From an uncultured delta proteobacterium (GTDB lineage Bacteria > Myxococcota_A > UBA9160 > SMWR01): DNA of 64,000 bases. Positions within the stretch are counted from its first letter, which is position 1. Each line of letters begins with the position of its first letter. The translations under genes and the position numbers were made by a program. The stretch spans positions 311,509 through 375,508 of the forward strand of contig CAWHTE010000005.1 in NCBI GenBank assembly GCA_963832165.1, written 5' to 3'. The notes beneath the pieces are model-generated. The model saw only the letters and a list, made by a program, of their open reading frames with translations, was not told the DNA's origin and searched no databases. Positions 33,715-42,646 of this stretch are shown here, piece after piece.

Positions 33715-34758
33715 ATGAGCGAGCCGGACGCGCTCGAGCCGCAGCTCCTCCGCGTGTGCCGCGCCGCGGGACTCGAGCCGTTGCGCATCGAGTGGCTGCC
33801 CGCTGCGCTCTCGCTGCGCCGCTTCGCGCGGATCCATACCCGCACCGCGACGGCCGTGGCGCGGATCGAGACGCCCGAGGATCCGGCCGGTCGGCCCGCG
33901 AGCACCGCACCGGAGCCGCCCCACGAGCCGATCCGCGCGCTGCTCGAAAGCGCCGGGCTGCCGGTGCCGCGGCGCCTCGGCGGCGATCCCGCGGCCGGCA
34001 TCGACCTGCTCGAGGACGCGGGGACGCTCTCGCTCCAGAGCGCGGCCGAAACGCTCGCGCCCGCTGCGCGCGCCGATCTCTACCGCGAGGCGTGCGAGCT
34101 CGTGCCGCGGATCCAGTCGGTCGCGCCGGCACCCGGTGTCGCCGCGTTCGCCCGGTCGCTCGACGCCGCGCTGTTCTCGTACAAGGGCGATCTCTTCGCG
34201 CGCTACGGGCTCGCCGCGCGCGGCCGCGATACCACGGCCGCCGAGACCGCCGTGGTGCGCGACACCTTCGCGTGGATCGCCACGCAGATGAGCGAAGCTC
34301 CGCAGCGGCTCGCACACCGGGACTTCCAGAGCAGCAACCTCTACGTGCGCGAAGGTGCTCCGCGCGGCGCACGCCTGTGCATGATCGACCTCCAGGGCGC
34401 GTTCCTCGCGCCGCCCGAGTACGACCTCGTGTGCCTGCTGCGCGACTCGTACGTGGAGCTGCCCGAGGACGAGATCGACGCGCACTGCGCGGCCGTGCGC
34501 GCCGCACTGCCCGACGCGCCCGACGCCGACACCTTTGCGCGCCGCTTCGATCTGCTCACGCTCACGCGCAAGGGCAAGGACCACGCGCGCTTCCTCTACG
34601 CCGCGCGCGAGCGCGGCGACTCGCGCTTCCTGCGCTACGCACCCGTCGCGGTGCGCCAGCTGCAGCGCGCCGCGGCGCGCGCGAGCGCGCGCGACACGCG
34701 CGTCGCCGATCTCGCCGCGCTGATCCACGAGCTGCCGGAGTCGCCATGCGAGCGATGA
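33715..34758 (+). CDS. amgK: APH-fold anomeric MurNAc/GlcNAc kinase, AmgK-like
   Basis: HRDFQSSN, IDLQGA, YDLVCLLRD; upstream of murU. Confidence 0.75.
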   Translation: MSEPDALEPQLLRVCRAAGLEPLRIEWLPAALSLRRFARIHTRTATAVARIETPEDPAGRPASTAPEPPHEPIRALLESAGLPVPRRLGGDPAAGIDLLEDAGTLSLQSAAETLAPAARADLYREACELVPRIQSVAPAPGVAAFARSLDAALFSYKGDLFARYGLAARGRDTTAAETAVVRDTFAWIATQMSEAPQRLAHRDFQSSNLYVREGAPRGARLCMIDLQGAFLAPPEYDLVCLLRDSYVELPEDEIDAHCAAVRAALPDAPDADTFARRFDLLTLTRKGKDHARFLYAARERGDSRFLRYAPVAVRQLQRAAARASARDTRVADLAALIHELPESPCER

Positions 34759-35690
34759 TCGTCGCCGCGGGCCTCGGCACGCGGCTGCGCCCGCTCACCG
34801 AGTGGCTTCCCAAGCCGGCCGTACCCGTGCGCGGAATCCCGCTGATCGCCTACCAGCTCGCGCTGCTCGCACACCACGGCGTGCGCGAGGTGGTCGTGAA
34901 CACACACCATCTGCCCGAGCGGCTCGAAGCCGCCGCGCGGCGCCATTGCCCGCCCGGCCTCGCGCTCACGTTCTCGCGCGAGCGCGAGCTGCTCGACACG
35001 GGCGGCGGAATCCGGCGCGTCGCCGCGTTCCTGCGCGAGAGCGACCCCTGCCTGCTCGTGGGCGGCGACATGCTGCTCGACGTCGACCTCGGCGCGCTCG
35101 TTCGCGCACACCGCGAGCGCGGAGCGGCCGTTACGCTGCTCCTGCGCGAGGACCCGCGCGCGGCCGAGTTCGGCAGCATCGGCGTCGATCGCGAGGGGGT
35201 GGTCTGTCGGATCGGATCGCGCTTCCGGTTCGCGAGCGAGGCGGGCGCCGAGGCGCGCGCGGGGCTGTACGCCTGGGCCAACGTCGTGTCCGCGAGCGCG
35301 CTCGACACGCTGCCCGAGCGCGAAGTCTTCGGGCACTTCGACCACTGGCTCGCGCCGCGGCTCGCGGCCGGCGCGCGCGACGTCTACGGCGCATTCCTGC
35401 CCTGTACTTGGGAGCCGGTCGGCACCCTCGCGGAGTACCTCGCCGTGAATCGGCGAGCGGCGCCGCTCTCCTACCTCGACGCCGACGCCGTCGCGCGCGC
35501 GGCCGGCGTGCGCTTCGAGCACGAGAGCGTGATCGGCGTTGGCGCGATCCTCGGCAGTGGCGCTAGCGTGAACAGGGTCGTGGTATGGGACGGAGAGCGG
35601 GTACCCGACGGCTGTCGCGCTCAAGACGCAGTGTTTGCGGGCGGACGGCTCCACTCTCTAGACCCGAACTCCGGCAGGAGTGCACCGTGA
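34746..35690 (+). CDS. murU: Nucleotidyltransferase, MurU-like
   Basis: MRAMIVAAGLGTRLRPLT...PKP, LLDTGGGI. Confidence 0.75.
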   Translation: MRAMIVAAGLGTRLRPLTEWLPKPAVPVRGIPLIAYQLALLAHHGVREVVVNTHHLPERLEAAARRHCPPGLALTFSRERELLDTGGGIRRVAAFLRESDPCLLVGGDMLLDVDLGALVRAHRERGAAVTLLLREDPRAAEFGSIGVDREGVVCRIGSRFRFASEAGAEARAGLYAWANVVSASALDTLPEREVFGHFDHWLAPRLAAGARDVYGAFLPCTWEPVGTLAEYLAVNRRAAPLSYLDADAVARAAGVRFEHESVIGVGAILGSGASVNRVVVWDGERVPDGCRAQDAVFAGGRLHSLDPNSGRSAP

Positions 35691-35733
35691 ACCGGCGACC
35701 GGGGATCCGGGTGAAGTCGCGCGCCGCTCCGAC

Positions 35734-36471
35734 GTGACGGAAATCACCTTCGTCGGAACCAGCGATGCCTTCGGCGCAGGCGGACGGCGGCAGTCTGCGA
35801 TCCTCGTGCGCGGCGCCTCGGGCGGTGCGCTGCTCGACTGCGGCGCCACCACGGGCAGCGGCCTTCACGCACTCGGCATCGCGATCGACGAGATCGACGA
35901 CATCCTGGTCTCGCACTTTCACGGCGATCACTTCGGCGGCATCCCGCTCCTGCTGCTCGACGCGCTCTACGAGGAGCAGCGCAAGCGCGCGCTGCGGATC
36001 GCGGGGCCGCCTGGGATCGAGGCGCGCGTGCAGCGGCTCGCAGCCGCGATGGGTCACCCGCTCGAGGGACGCGAGTGGGCGTTCCCGATCCAGTTCGTCG
36101 AGCTGCCGGCGGGCGTCCGCAGCGAGGTCGGCTCGCTGAAGGTCCGCTCATTCGCGACGCACCACAATCCCGACGCGCACCCGCACGGTCTGCTGATCGA
36201 CACCGGGGACGCGAAGATCGCGTACTCGGGTGACACGGGCTGGTTCGAGGGACTGCCGCGTCAGGTCGCGGGCAGCGACCTGTTCATCTGCGAGTGCACC
36301 TATCACCGCAACAACTTCGAGTACCACCTCTCGCACGAGGAGCTGGTCGAGAACAAGCACCTCTTCGATTGCGGTCGCTGGATCATCACGCACCTCGGCG
36401 AGGAGATGACGACCCGGCGCGCGAGCAGCGAGTTCGAAGCCGCCGACGACGGCCTCACGATCCGAATCTGA
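35734..36471 (+). CDS. MBL-fold metallohydrolase (RNase Z/phosphodiesterase-like)
   Basis: LDCG, SHFHGDH, YSGDT, THL. Confidence 0.85.
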   Translation: MTEITFVGTSDAFGAGGRRQSAILVRGASGGALLDCGATTGSGLHALGIAIDEIDDILVSHFHGDHFGGIPLLLLDALYEEQRKRALRIAGPPGIEARVQRLAAAMGHPLEGREWAFPIQFVELPAGVRSEVGSLKVRSFATHHNPDAHPHGLLIDTGDAKIAYSGDTGWFEGLPRQVAGSDLFICECTYHRNNFEYHLSHEELVENKHLFDCGRWIITHLGEEMTTRRASSEFEAADDGLTIRI

Positions 36472-37615
36472 GCCCGCGGCCGCCCGGAACGATCTCGCCG
36501 AGCACGCGCTCGCCGCGCGCGCCCGTGGTGCGCGGCAGGTGGTTCGGGAGACCCAGCAGCGCGTTGCGACCCAGCAGCGCGAACGCGATCGCCTCCGCGG
36601 CGCCGACCGGCACGCCGTGCGCGTCGAACGTCTCGACCGCGGCGCCGGGCACCGACGCGCGCAGCGCGCGCAGGAACGCGGGATTCCGCGCGCCGCCGCC
36701 GCCGACGAGCAGCCGCGCGATGCGCCCGCCAGCGCCCAGATGCTCGCGGCACGCGTGTCCGACCGCTTCGGCGCTGAACGCGAGCAGCGTCGCGACGAGG
36801 TCGTCGAGCTCGCGATCGCCCCAGCGGTCGACGAGCGCCTCGGCTTCCGCGAGGCCATAGCGCTCTCGCCCCGTCGATTTGGGCGGCGAGACGCGCAGGA
36901 AGTCGTCGTCGAGCAGATCCGCGAGCAGTGCCGCGTCGACCGTGCCGCGCAGCGCGCGGCGCCCATCCGCGTCCATGCGCTCCGCACCGCGCGTCGCGCG
37001 TTGCACCACGCCGTCGATCAGCGAGTTGGCCGGGCCCACGTCGAACGCGATCACGTCGTCGGGTTTCGCGCCCGCGGGCAACCACGTCACGTTGGCGATT
37101 CCGCCCAGGTTCAACACGACGCGGCTCTCCCCGGGATCCGCGAACGCCGCGAAGTGGAAGAACGGCGCGAGCGGCGCCCCCTCCCCGCCCGCGGCGATGT
37201 CGCGCGGGCGGAAGTCCGCGACCGTCGTGACGCCGGTGCGCTCCGCGATCACGGATGGGTCGCCGATCTGGAGCGTGGCGTGCAGCTCGGGGTGGTGCGC
37301 GACCGTCTGACCGTGCGAGGCAATCGCGGCGACCCGATCGAGCGGGACGCCCGCGTCGTGCGCCACCAGGATCGCGGCCTCTGCGAAGCGCTCGCCGAGC
37401 GCGACGTCGAGCGCGGCGAACTCGCGCAGCGCGGTGCTCGCGGGGGTGCGGCCGGCCGCGAGCGCGTGGATGCGCTCTTGAAGCTCCGCGGGAAAGGCGT
37501 CCTCGCGCTGCGCGACGAGGCGGAACGGGCGCGCCGCTTCGCCGGGCGGCCACTCGACCAGGGCCGCGTCGACGCCATCGGCGGAAGTGCCGGACATGAG
37601 ACCAATCACGTACAT
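36455..37615 (-). CDS. anmK: Anhydro-N-acetylmuramic acid kinase
   Basis: GLMSGTSADGVD, HGQT, GGEGAPL, NLGGIAN, PPKSTGRE. Confidence 0.95.
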   Translation of the reverse strand: MYVIGLMSGTSADGVDAALVEWPPGEAARPFRLVAQREDAFPAELQERIHALAAGRTPASTALREFAALDVALGERFAEAAILVAHDAGVPLDRVAAIASHGQTVAHHPELHATLQIGDPSVIAERTGVTTVADFRPRDIAAGGEGAPLAPFFHFAAFADPGESRVVLNLGGIANVTWLPAGAKPDDVIAFDVGPANSLIDGVVQRATRGAERMDADGRRALRGTVDAALLADLLDDDFLRVSPPKSTGRERYGLAEAEALVDRWGDRELDDLVATLLAFSAEAVGHACREHLGAGGRIARLLVGGGGARNPAFLRALRASVPGAAVETFDAHGVPVGAAEAIAFALLGRNALLGLPNHLPRTTGARGERVLGEIVPGGRGLRFGS

Positions 37616-37631
37616 GGGTCGGAAACGTACC

Positions 37632-37714
37632 CGATGGCCTTCGCTCGCCGATGGCTCGCTGCGCGAGGCTTGCTGATGGCCTTCGCTCGCCGATGGCTCG
37701 CTGCGCGAGGCTGC
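37632..37714 (-). repeat. Two tandem copies of the ~42-bp repeat
   Basis: 37632-37673 and 37674-37714; reverse complement gcaagcctcgcgcagcgagccatcggcgagcgaaggccatc. Confidence 0.9.
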
Positions 37715-37732
37715 TGAAACTCGGATCCGCAT

Positions 37733-37761
37733 TTGACATGCCGTCACGGCGCTGGGATCAT
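37733..37761 (+). promoter_or_regulatory. Candidate sigma70 promoter
   Basis: TTGACA-N17-GATCAT. Confidence 0.5.
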
Positions 37762-37845
37762 CCCGGCCCGATCGATCCCGATCGGGGTCCTTCCCTCCCA
37801 TCCATTCCGCCTGCAACCCACCCCCGAAGCCATTCGGAGCCATCG

Positions 37846-38109
37846 ATGAGCGACTCTTCGCGAACCCAGGGCGGCCTGATCTGTGTGGGCGTGGTGATCC
37901 TCGCCGCGCTGTTCCTGCTCGGACTCCTCCAGCAGAGCTACCTGGCGCTCGCAATTCCCGTGGCCTTCGCGGTCTCGTTCGTGCTCGGTCTCGTGTTCTG
38001 GGTGGGCTACACGATCGCGACGATCCGGGTCGAGCCCGAGCACGATCCCGGCCGCGCTGCGGAGTCCGAGGCGCCGACCCAGGCGACGCCGACGCAGCAG
38101 TCGGCCTAG
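37846..38109 (+). CDS. Small two-TM membrane protein
   Basis: GGAG RBS, two hydrophobic helices. Confidence 0.65.
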   Translation: MSDSSRTQGGLICVGVVILAALFLLGLLQQSYLALAIPVAFAVSFVLGLVFWVGYTIATIRVEPEHDPGRAAESEAPTQATPTQQSA

Positions 38110-38125
38110 AGCTCCCGGCCCCCCT

Positions 38126-39379
38126 TTGCGGATCGCGCTGCTCACCTATCGCGGGAACATGTTCTGCGGCGGTCAGGGCATCTACGCCGCCTACCTCGCG
38201 CGCGAGTGGCAGCGCGCAGGCCACGAAGTACACGTGATCGCGGGCCCGCCGCTGCCCGAGCTCGAGCCCGGCATCCCGCTGCACGTGATCCCGAACGAGA
38301 ACGTGTTCGGCGTCCGGCACCCCGACTGGGCGCGGCGCGACAACCCGTTCGCGTTGCTCAAGCCGCTCTCGCTCTGGGAGCTCGGCGTCTCGCGGATCGG
38401 CGTGTTCCCGGAGATGCAGACCTTCTCGCTGCGACTGCTCGCGCGCTGGAAGCGACTGCAGGCAGAGCACCGCTTCGACATCGTGTTCGACAACCAATGC
38501 CTGGGCTGGGGGCTGCTCGGGATCCGCGCGACCGGCGTGCCGGTCGTGTCGGTGATCCACCATCCGCTGCACATCGACCGCGAGGCAGATTTCGCGATCG
38601 ATCCGATCCTGACCAAGAAGATCAAGCGCACGCTCTATTTCCCGCTGTTCATGCAGCAGCAGGTCGCGCCGCGGCTCGACCGGATCGTGACGGTGAGCGA
38701 GGCGTCGCGCGCGGAGATCGAGCGCTATTTCGGGATCCCCGAGAAGGAGATCCGCGTCGTCTACAACGGCACCGACAGCGATCTGTTCCACCCGGTCGAG
38801 GTCGAGAAGCAGGCGGATCTGCTGTTCGTGGGCCGCACCGAGGACCGCAAGAAGGGACTCGGCTCGCTGCTCGAGGCGATGGCGCTGTTGCCCGACACCA
38901 CGCTCAAGATCGTGGACGGACGCATCCCCGAAGACGGGCTCGTGATGCGCTACCTGCGCCGCACCGGCATCGGCGATCGCGTGATCCTGCACCGCCGCAT
39001 GCTCACGACCCAGGAGCTCGTGCGCGAGTATTCGACCGCGCGCGCAGCCGTGGTGCCCTCGTTCTTCGAGGGATTCGGCTTCCCGGCCAGCGAGGCGATG
39101 GCCTGCGGACTGCCCGTGATCGCAAACGCCGCGGGCGCACTGCCCGAAGTCGTCGGCACCGACGGCAGCGCGGGCCGGCTGGTTCCGCCGCGCGACCCCG
39201 CGGCGATGGCCAAAGCGATCACCGAGGTGCTCGGTGAGCCGGGGCTCGCCGAGGCGATGGGGCGCGCTGCACGCGCGCGCGTGCAGCGGCTGTTCCGCTG
39301 GGAGCGCGCCGCCGCCGAGCTGATCGGCGTGTTCGAGGAGACGCTGCGTGCTGCTCACGGTCGATCTCGAGCGGCTTAG
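38126..39379 (+). CDS. GT4 glycosyltransferase
   Basis: CGGQG, EGFGFPASEAMACG. Confidence 0.9.
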   Translation: MRIALLTYRGNMFCGGQGIYAAYLAREWQRAGHEVHVIAGPPLPELEPGIPLHVIPNENVFGVRHPDWARRDNPFALLKPLSLWELGVSRIGVFPEMQTFSLRLLARWKRLQAEHRFDIVFDNQCLGWGLLGIRATGVPVVSVIHHPLHIDREADFAIDPILTKKIKRTLYFPLFMQQQVAPRLDRIVTVSEASRAEIERYFGIPEKEIRVVYNGTDSDLFHPVEVEKQADLLFVGRTEDRKKGLGSLLEAMALLPDTTLKIVDGRIPEDGLVMRYLRRTGIGDRVILHRRMLTTQELVREYSTARAAVVPSFFEGFGFPASEAMACGLPVIANAAGALPEVVGTDGSAGRLVPPRDPAAMAKAITEVLGEPGLAEAMGRAARARVQRLFRWERAAAELIGVFEETLRAAHGRSRAA

Positions 39380-40115
39380 GGTCCGCCGCGGCGAGCGACT
39401 GCTCGATGCGGGCTGCGGCGAGGGCCGCCACTGCTTCGGTGCGATCGAGCGCGGCGCGCACGTCGTCGGCCTCGACCTCGACCGCGACTCGCTGAAGAAG
39501 GCCGCTGGCGCGCTGCGCTTCCGCGGCGCGGAGCTCGGCCGGCTCGGCGCGATGCTCCAGGGCGACGCGTTCCATCTGCCCTTCGCCGACGCGAGCTTCG
39601 ACAAGGTCATCTGCTCGGAGGTGATGGAGCACGTCCACGACTTCACGGGCGCCGCACGCGAGCTCGCGCGCGTGCTGCGTCCGGGCGGGCTCGTCGCGGT
39701 GACGATCCCGACCGCGACCAGCGAACACCTCTACCTGCACGTCGGTGACGACTACTTCGAATCGCCCGGCGGCCACATCCGCATCTTTCGTCCGCGCCAG
39801 CTCGCCGAGGGCCTCGCGCGCGCGGGTCTCGCCACCCAGGGCGTCGGCTTCGCGCACGCGCTGCACACGCCTTACTGGCTGCTGCGCTCGGTGGCCGGCC
39901 TGCCGCGCGCCGACGAGAGCGCGCTCGTGCGCGCGTATCGGCGGTTCCTGATCCGCGCGAGCGTATCGCCCGCGATGGCGCGGCTCGAGAACGCGCTCAA
40001 CTACTTCTGCCCGAAGAGCGTGATCCTGTACGCCGAGAAGCCGCGCGTGGCGGTGCGCCCCCCTCGTGGACTTCGCTCGCCTTCGGTTCATTACGCGCCG
40101 GACGGCTCGCGGTGA
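39348..40115 (+). CDS. Class I SAM-dependent methyltransferase
   Basis: LDAGCGEGRH, LPFADASFD, VLRPGG. Confidence 0.9.
   Translation: MLLTVDLERLRVRRGERLLDAGCGEGRHCFGAIERGAHVVGLDLDRDSLKKAAGALRFRGAELGRLGAMLQGDAFHLPFADASFDKVICSEVMEHVHDFTGAARELARVLRPGGLVAVTIPTATSEHLYLHVGDDYFESPGGHIRIFRPRQLAEGLARAGLATQGVGFAHALHTPYWLLRSVAGLPRADESALVRAYRRFLIRASVSPAMARLENALNYFCPKSVILYAEKPRVAVRPPRGLRSPSVHYAPDGSR
40065..40097 (-). repeat. Degenerate copy of the ~42-bp repeat in the methyltransferase tail
   Basis: Reverse complement cgcgtaatgaaccgaaggcgagcgaagtccacg. Confidence 0.65.
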
Positions 40116-41368
40116 CTCCGCTGCGCATCGCGTTCGTCGCCTATCGCGGCAACATGCGCTGCGGCGGTCAGGGCGTGTATCTGTGGTTCCTCGCGCGCGA
40201 GCTCGCGCGGCTGGGCCACCGCGTCGACGTCTGGGTCGGTCCGCCCTACCCCGACCCGATGCCGTTCGCGCGCAACGTGAATCCGCTGCGCAACCACCAG
40301 TACTGGGGGAAGTGGTTCTCGAAGGATCGCCGCGCCCTGATCCCCGAGCCGCGCACGCGCCTGCTCAACCCGCTCGAGTTCTACGAGCTCGGCGCGAGCT
40401 ACCTCGGCTTCCTGCCGGAGCCGCTCGCGTTCAGCGTGCGCGCGCTGCGCGCGATCGCGGCGAGCCTGCGCGCGGGCGAGCGCTACGACATCGTGCACGA
40501 CGTGCAGTGCCTCGGCTTTGGACTCCTGGGCCTGCGCGCGCTCGGCCTGCCGGTGGTCACGACGGTCCATCACCCGCTCACGGTCGACCGCCGCTCGTCG
40601 TTCCTGCGCGATACGAGCCTGCGCGAAGCGATCGGTACGATGAAGTTCTATCCGGTCGGGATGCAGGCGTTCGTCGCGCGCCGCGTCGACCGCCTGTTCA
40701 CGTCTTCCGAGGTCAGCGCGCGCCAGATCGAGCGCGATTTCGGCGTCGCGCCCGAGCGGATCCGGATGGTGGCCAACGGCGTCGACACCGATCTGTTCAG
40801 CCCCGATGCCGGGGTCGCACGCGATCCCCACGAGGTGCTCTGTGTCGGGCGCGCGAGCGACCCGAACAAGGGGGTGCCGACGCTCGTGGAAGCGATCGCG
40901 CGGCTGCCGCGCCCGACCCGCCTCACGCTCGTCGACGACCCGCACCGCGACAACCCCGCGCTCCAGCGCGCGCGCTCGCTCGGCATCGAGGACCGCATCG
41001 ACGTGGTCGGACGCGTGCCCGTGGAGACCCTCGTGGGCCTGTACCGGCGCGCGGCGCTCGTGGCGGTGCCGTCGCTATTCGAGGGCTTCGGCCTGCCCGC
41101 TGCCGAGGCGATGGCGTGCGGCACACCCGTCGTCTCCACCGCGGCGGGCTCGCTGCCCGAGGTGATCGGCACCGCGGGCGGCGGGATCCTCGTGCGCGCG
41201 CACTCCGCGGATGCGCTCGCGAGCGGGATCGCCGAGCTGCTCGCGCAGCCCGCCGCGCGCGCCGAGCTCGGCGCGCTCGGCCGCAAGGGCGTCGTCGCGG
41301 CCTACTCGTGGCCGAGCGTGGCGCGGCGGACCGCGGACGTCTACGCCGAGCTGGTTCAGTCGAGCTGA
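40112..41368 (+). CDS. GT4 glycosyltransferase, paralog of 38126-39379
   Basis: CGGQG, HHPL, EGFGLPAAEAMACG. Confidence 0.9.
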   Translation: MTPLRIAFVAYRGNMRCGGQGVYLWFLARELARLGHRVDVWVGPPYPDPMPFARNVNPLRNHQYWGKWFSKDRRALIPEPRTRLLNPLEFYELGASYLGFLPEPLAFSVRALRAIAASLRAGERYDIVHDVQCLGFGLLGLRALGLPVVTTVHHPLTVDRRSSFLRDTSLREAIGTMKFYPVGMQAFVARRVDRLFTSSEVSARQIERDFGVAPERIRMVANGVDTDLFSPDAGVARDPHEVLCVGRASDPNKGVPTLVEAIARLPRPTRLTLVDDPHRDNPALQRARSLGIEDRIDVVGRVPVETLVGLYRRAALVAVPSLFEGFGLPAAEAMACGTPVVSTAAGSLPEVIGTAGGGILVRAHSADALASGIAELLAQPAARAELGALGRKGVVAAYSWPSVARRTADVYAELVQSS

Positions 41369-41411
41369 TCGCGTGCGGCCTCGCGTGCGGCCATCCTGAT
41401 CGCTTCGTGCG

Positions 41412-41604
41412 GCCGGGGTGGTTGGCTTGCTGCGGCTCATGGCTCGCCGGCCTGGGGGCGACGTTCTCTCTCGCCCGAAGGGTCCGAAGCCAGCGATGGC
41501 TTCAGGCTTTCAGATTGCCGGTCCAACCCAAGTTGCCACGAGCCGTGCGACGGCCCGTGGCCGGCTCCGCTTTTACTTCGCCGCAGCAAGCCAACCACCC
41601 CGGC
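41412..41604. repeat. 193-bp element with perfect 24-bp terminal inverted repeats (MITE/REPIN-like)
   Basis: gccggggtggttggcttgctgcgg (41412-35) and its exact reverse complement (41581-604). Confidence 0.7.
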
Positions 41605-41823
41605 ACTCGAACTCGTACGCCCTGAAAACGTGAACCTCTCGATGCGCTAGGCCGGGCGGATGATTTAGTCGCGCAGGCAAGGGCGCAGGCGCGCGGGCGG
41701 TGCGAACGACCCGTCGCGCATCGGCTCGAACGCCGCGTGACTCCGCGTTCACTGCCGAAGCCCGGGCCGGAGCGACAAACATCCGCGCGGCCAGGGCAAC
41801 CCGTTGCCCCGCCGACGCGACGA

Positions 41824-42606
41824 TCAGCCCGCGGCGCCGCGCCGCGGAGTGCCCGCGAGCAGGATCACGTCCGCGCCCCCGGGCCAGCGCCGCGCGATCG
41901 CGTCGAACGTCCCGAGCAGCCACTGCGTCAGCGACGCCGGCAGCTGGCGCGCGAGCCGCGACCAGCGCGGCATTCCCCAGCCGAGCGAGATCCCCTCGAC
42001 GAAGTCGAGCTCGAGACACTCACCCGCCTGCTCGCGCATCAAGCCGAGGTCGTAGCGCGTGAAGTGGTCGTGCGGGACGTCATAGTGACGGCGCCCGCGC
42101 GCCAGCTGGCGCCCCCTGCGCGCGCTCCACGAATCCAGCTTGCGCGCTACGCGACACGAGAACGACTCGAAGTTCGCGATCGCGAGCACCACTCGGCCGC
42201 CCTCGCGCGTGACGCGCGCCATCTCCGTGATCGCCTCGGCCGGCGTGTCGAAGTGATCGAGCGCGCCCTTGCAGTAGACCGCGTCGAAGCTGCCAGTCGC
42301 AAACGGGAGCGCATCGGCCCAGCCGCGCACGTGGTAGATCGGCGCGCTGCCCTTGCGGTCCTGCAGCTTCGCGAGTGCCGACATCCGCGCAGACGGCTCG
42401 GCCGCCACAGCGATCGCACCGAATTCCGCAAGCGCTCGCGCATCCTGTCCGAATCCGCTCGCGACGTCGAGCACCCGGTGCCCCGGTGCGCCGCGCGCGC
42501 AATCGAGCGTGCGGCGCGTCATCTGCTCGAACAGATAGTCGCTGTCCGGACTGGTCGACGTGGGGATCACGTCGCGCATGTCTCGATCGAGGTCGACGAC
42601 GCGCAT
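41824..42606 (-). CDS. Class I SAM-dependent methyltransferase
   Basis: VLDVASGFG, ALPFATGSFD, EMARV. Confidence 0.8.
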   Translation of the reverse strand: MRVVDLDRDMRDVIPTSTSPDSDYLFEQMTRRTLDCARGAPGHRVLDVASGFGQDARALAEFGAIAVAAEPSARMSALAKLQDRKGSAPIYHVRGWADALPFATGSFDAVYCKGALDHFDTPAEAITEMARVTREGGRVVLAIANFESFSCRVARKLDSWSARRGRQLARGRRHYDVPHDHFTRYDLGLMREQAGECLELDFVEGISLGWGMPRWSRLARQLPASLTQWLLGTFDAIARRWPGGADVILLAGTPRRGAAG

Positions 42607-42646
42607 GGGAGCGGGACGGTAGCGTGGGCTCCGGTATGATGGCTGG

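Noticed and set aside
37632..37714. Possible mini-CRISPR array
   Set aside because: Units abut with no spacers, the same unit is dispersed elsewhere, and no cas genes are present
36455..39646. 1063-aa extended AnmK
   Set aside because: The N-terminal part is antisense to the GT4 gene; the AnmK motif starts at Met 37615
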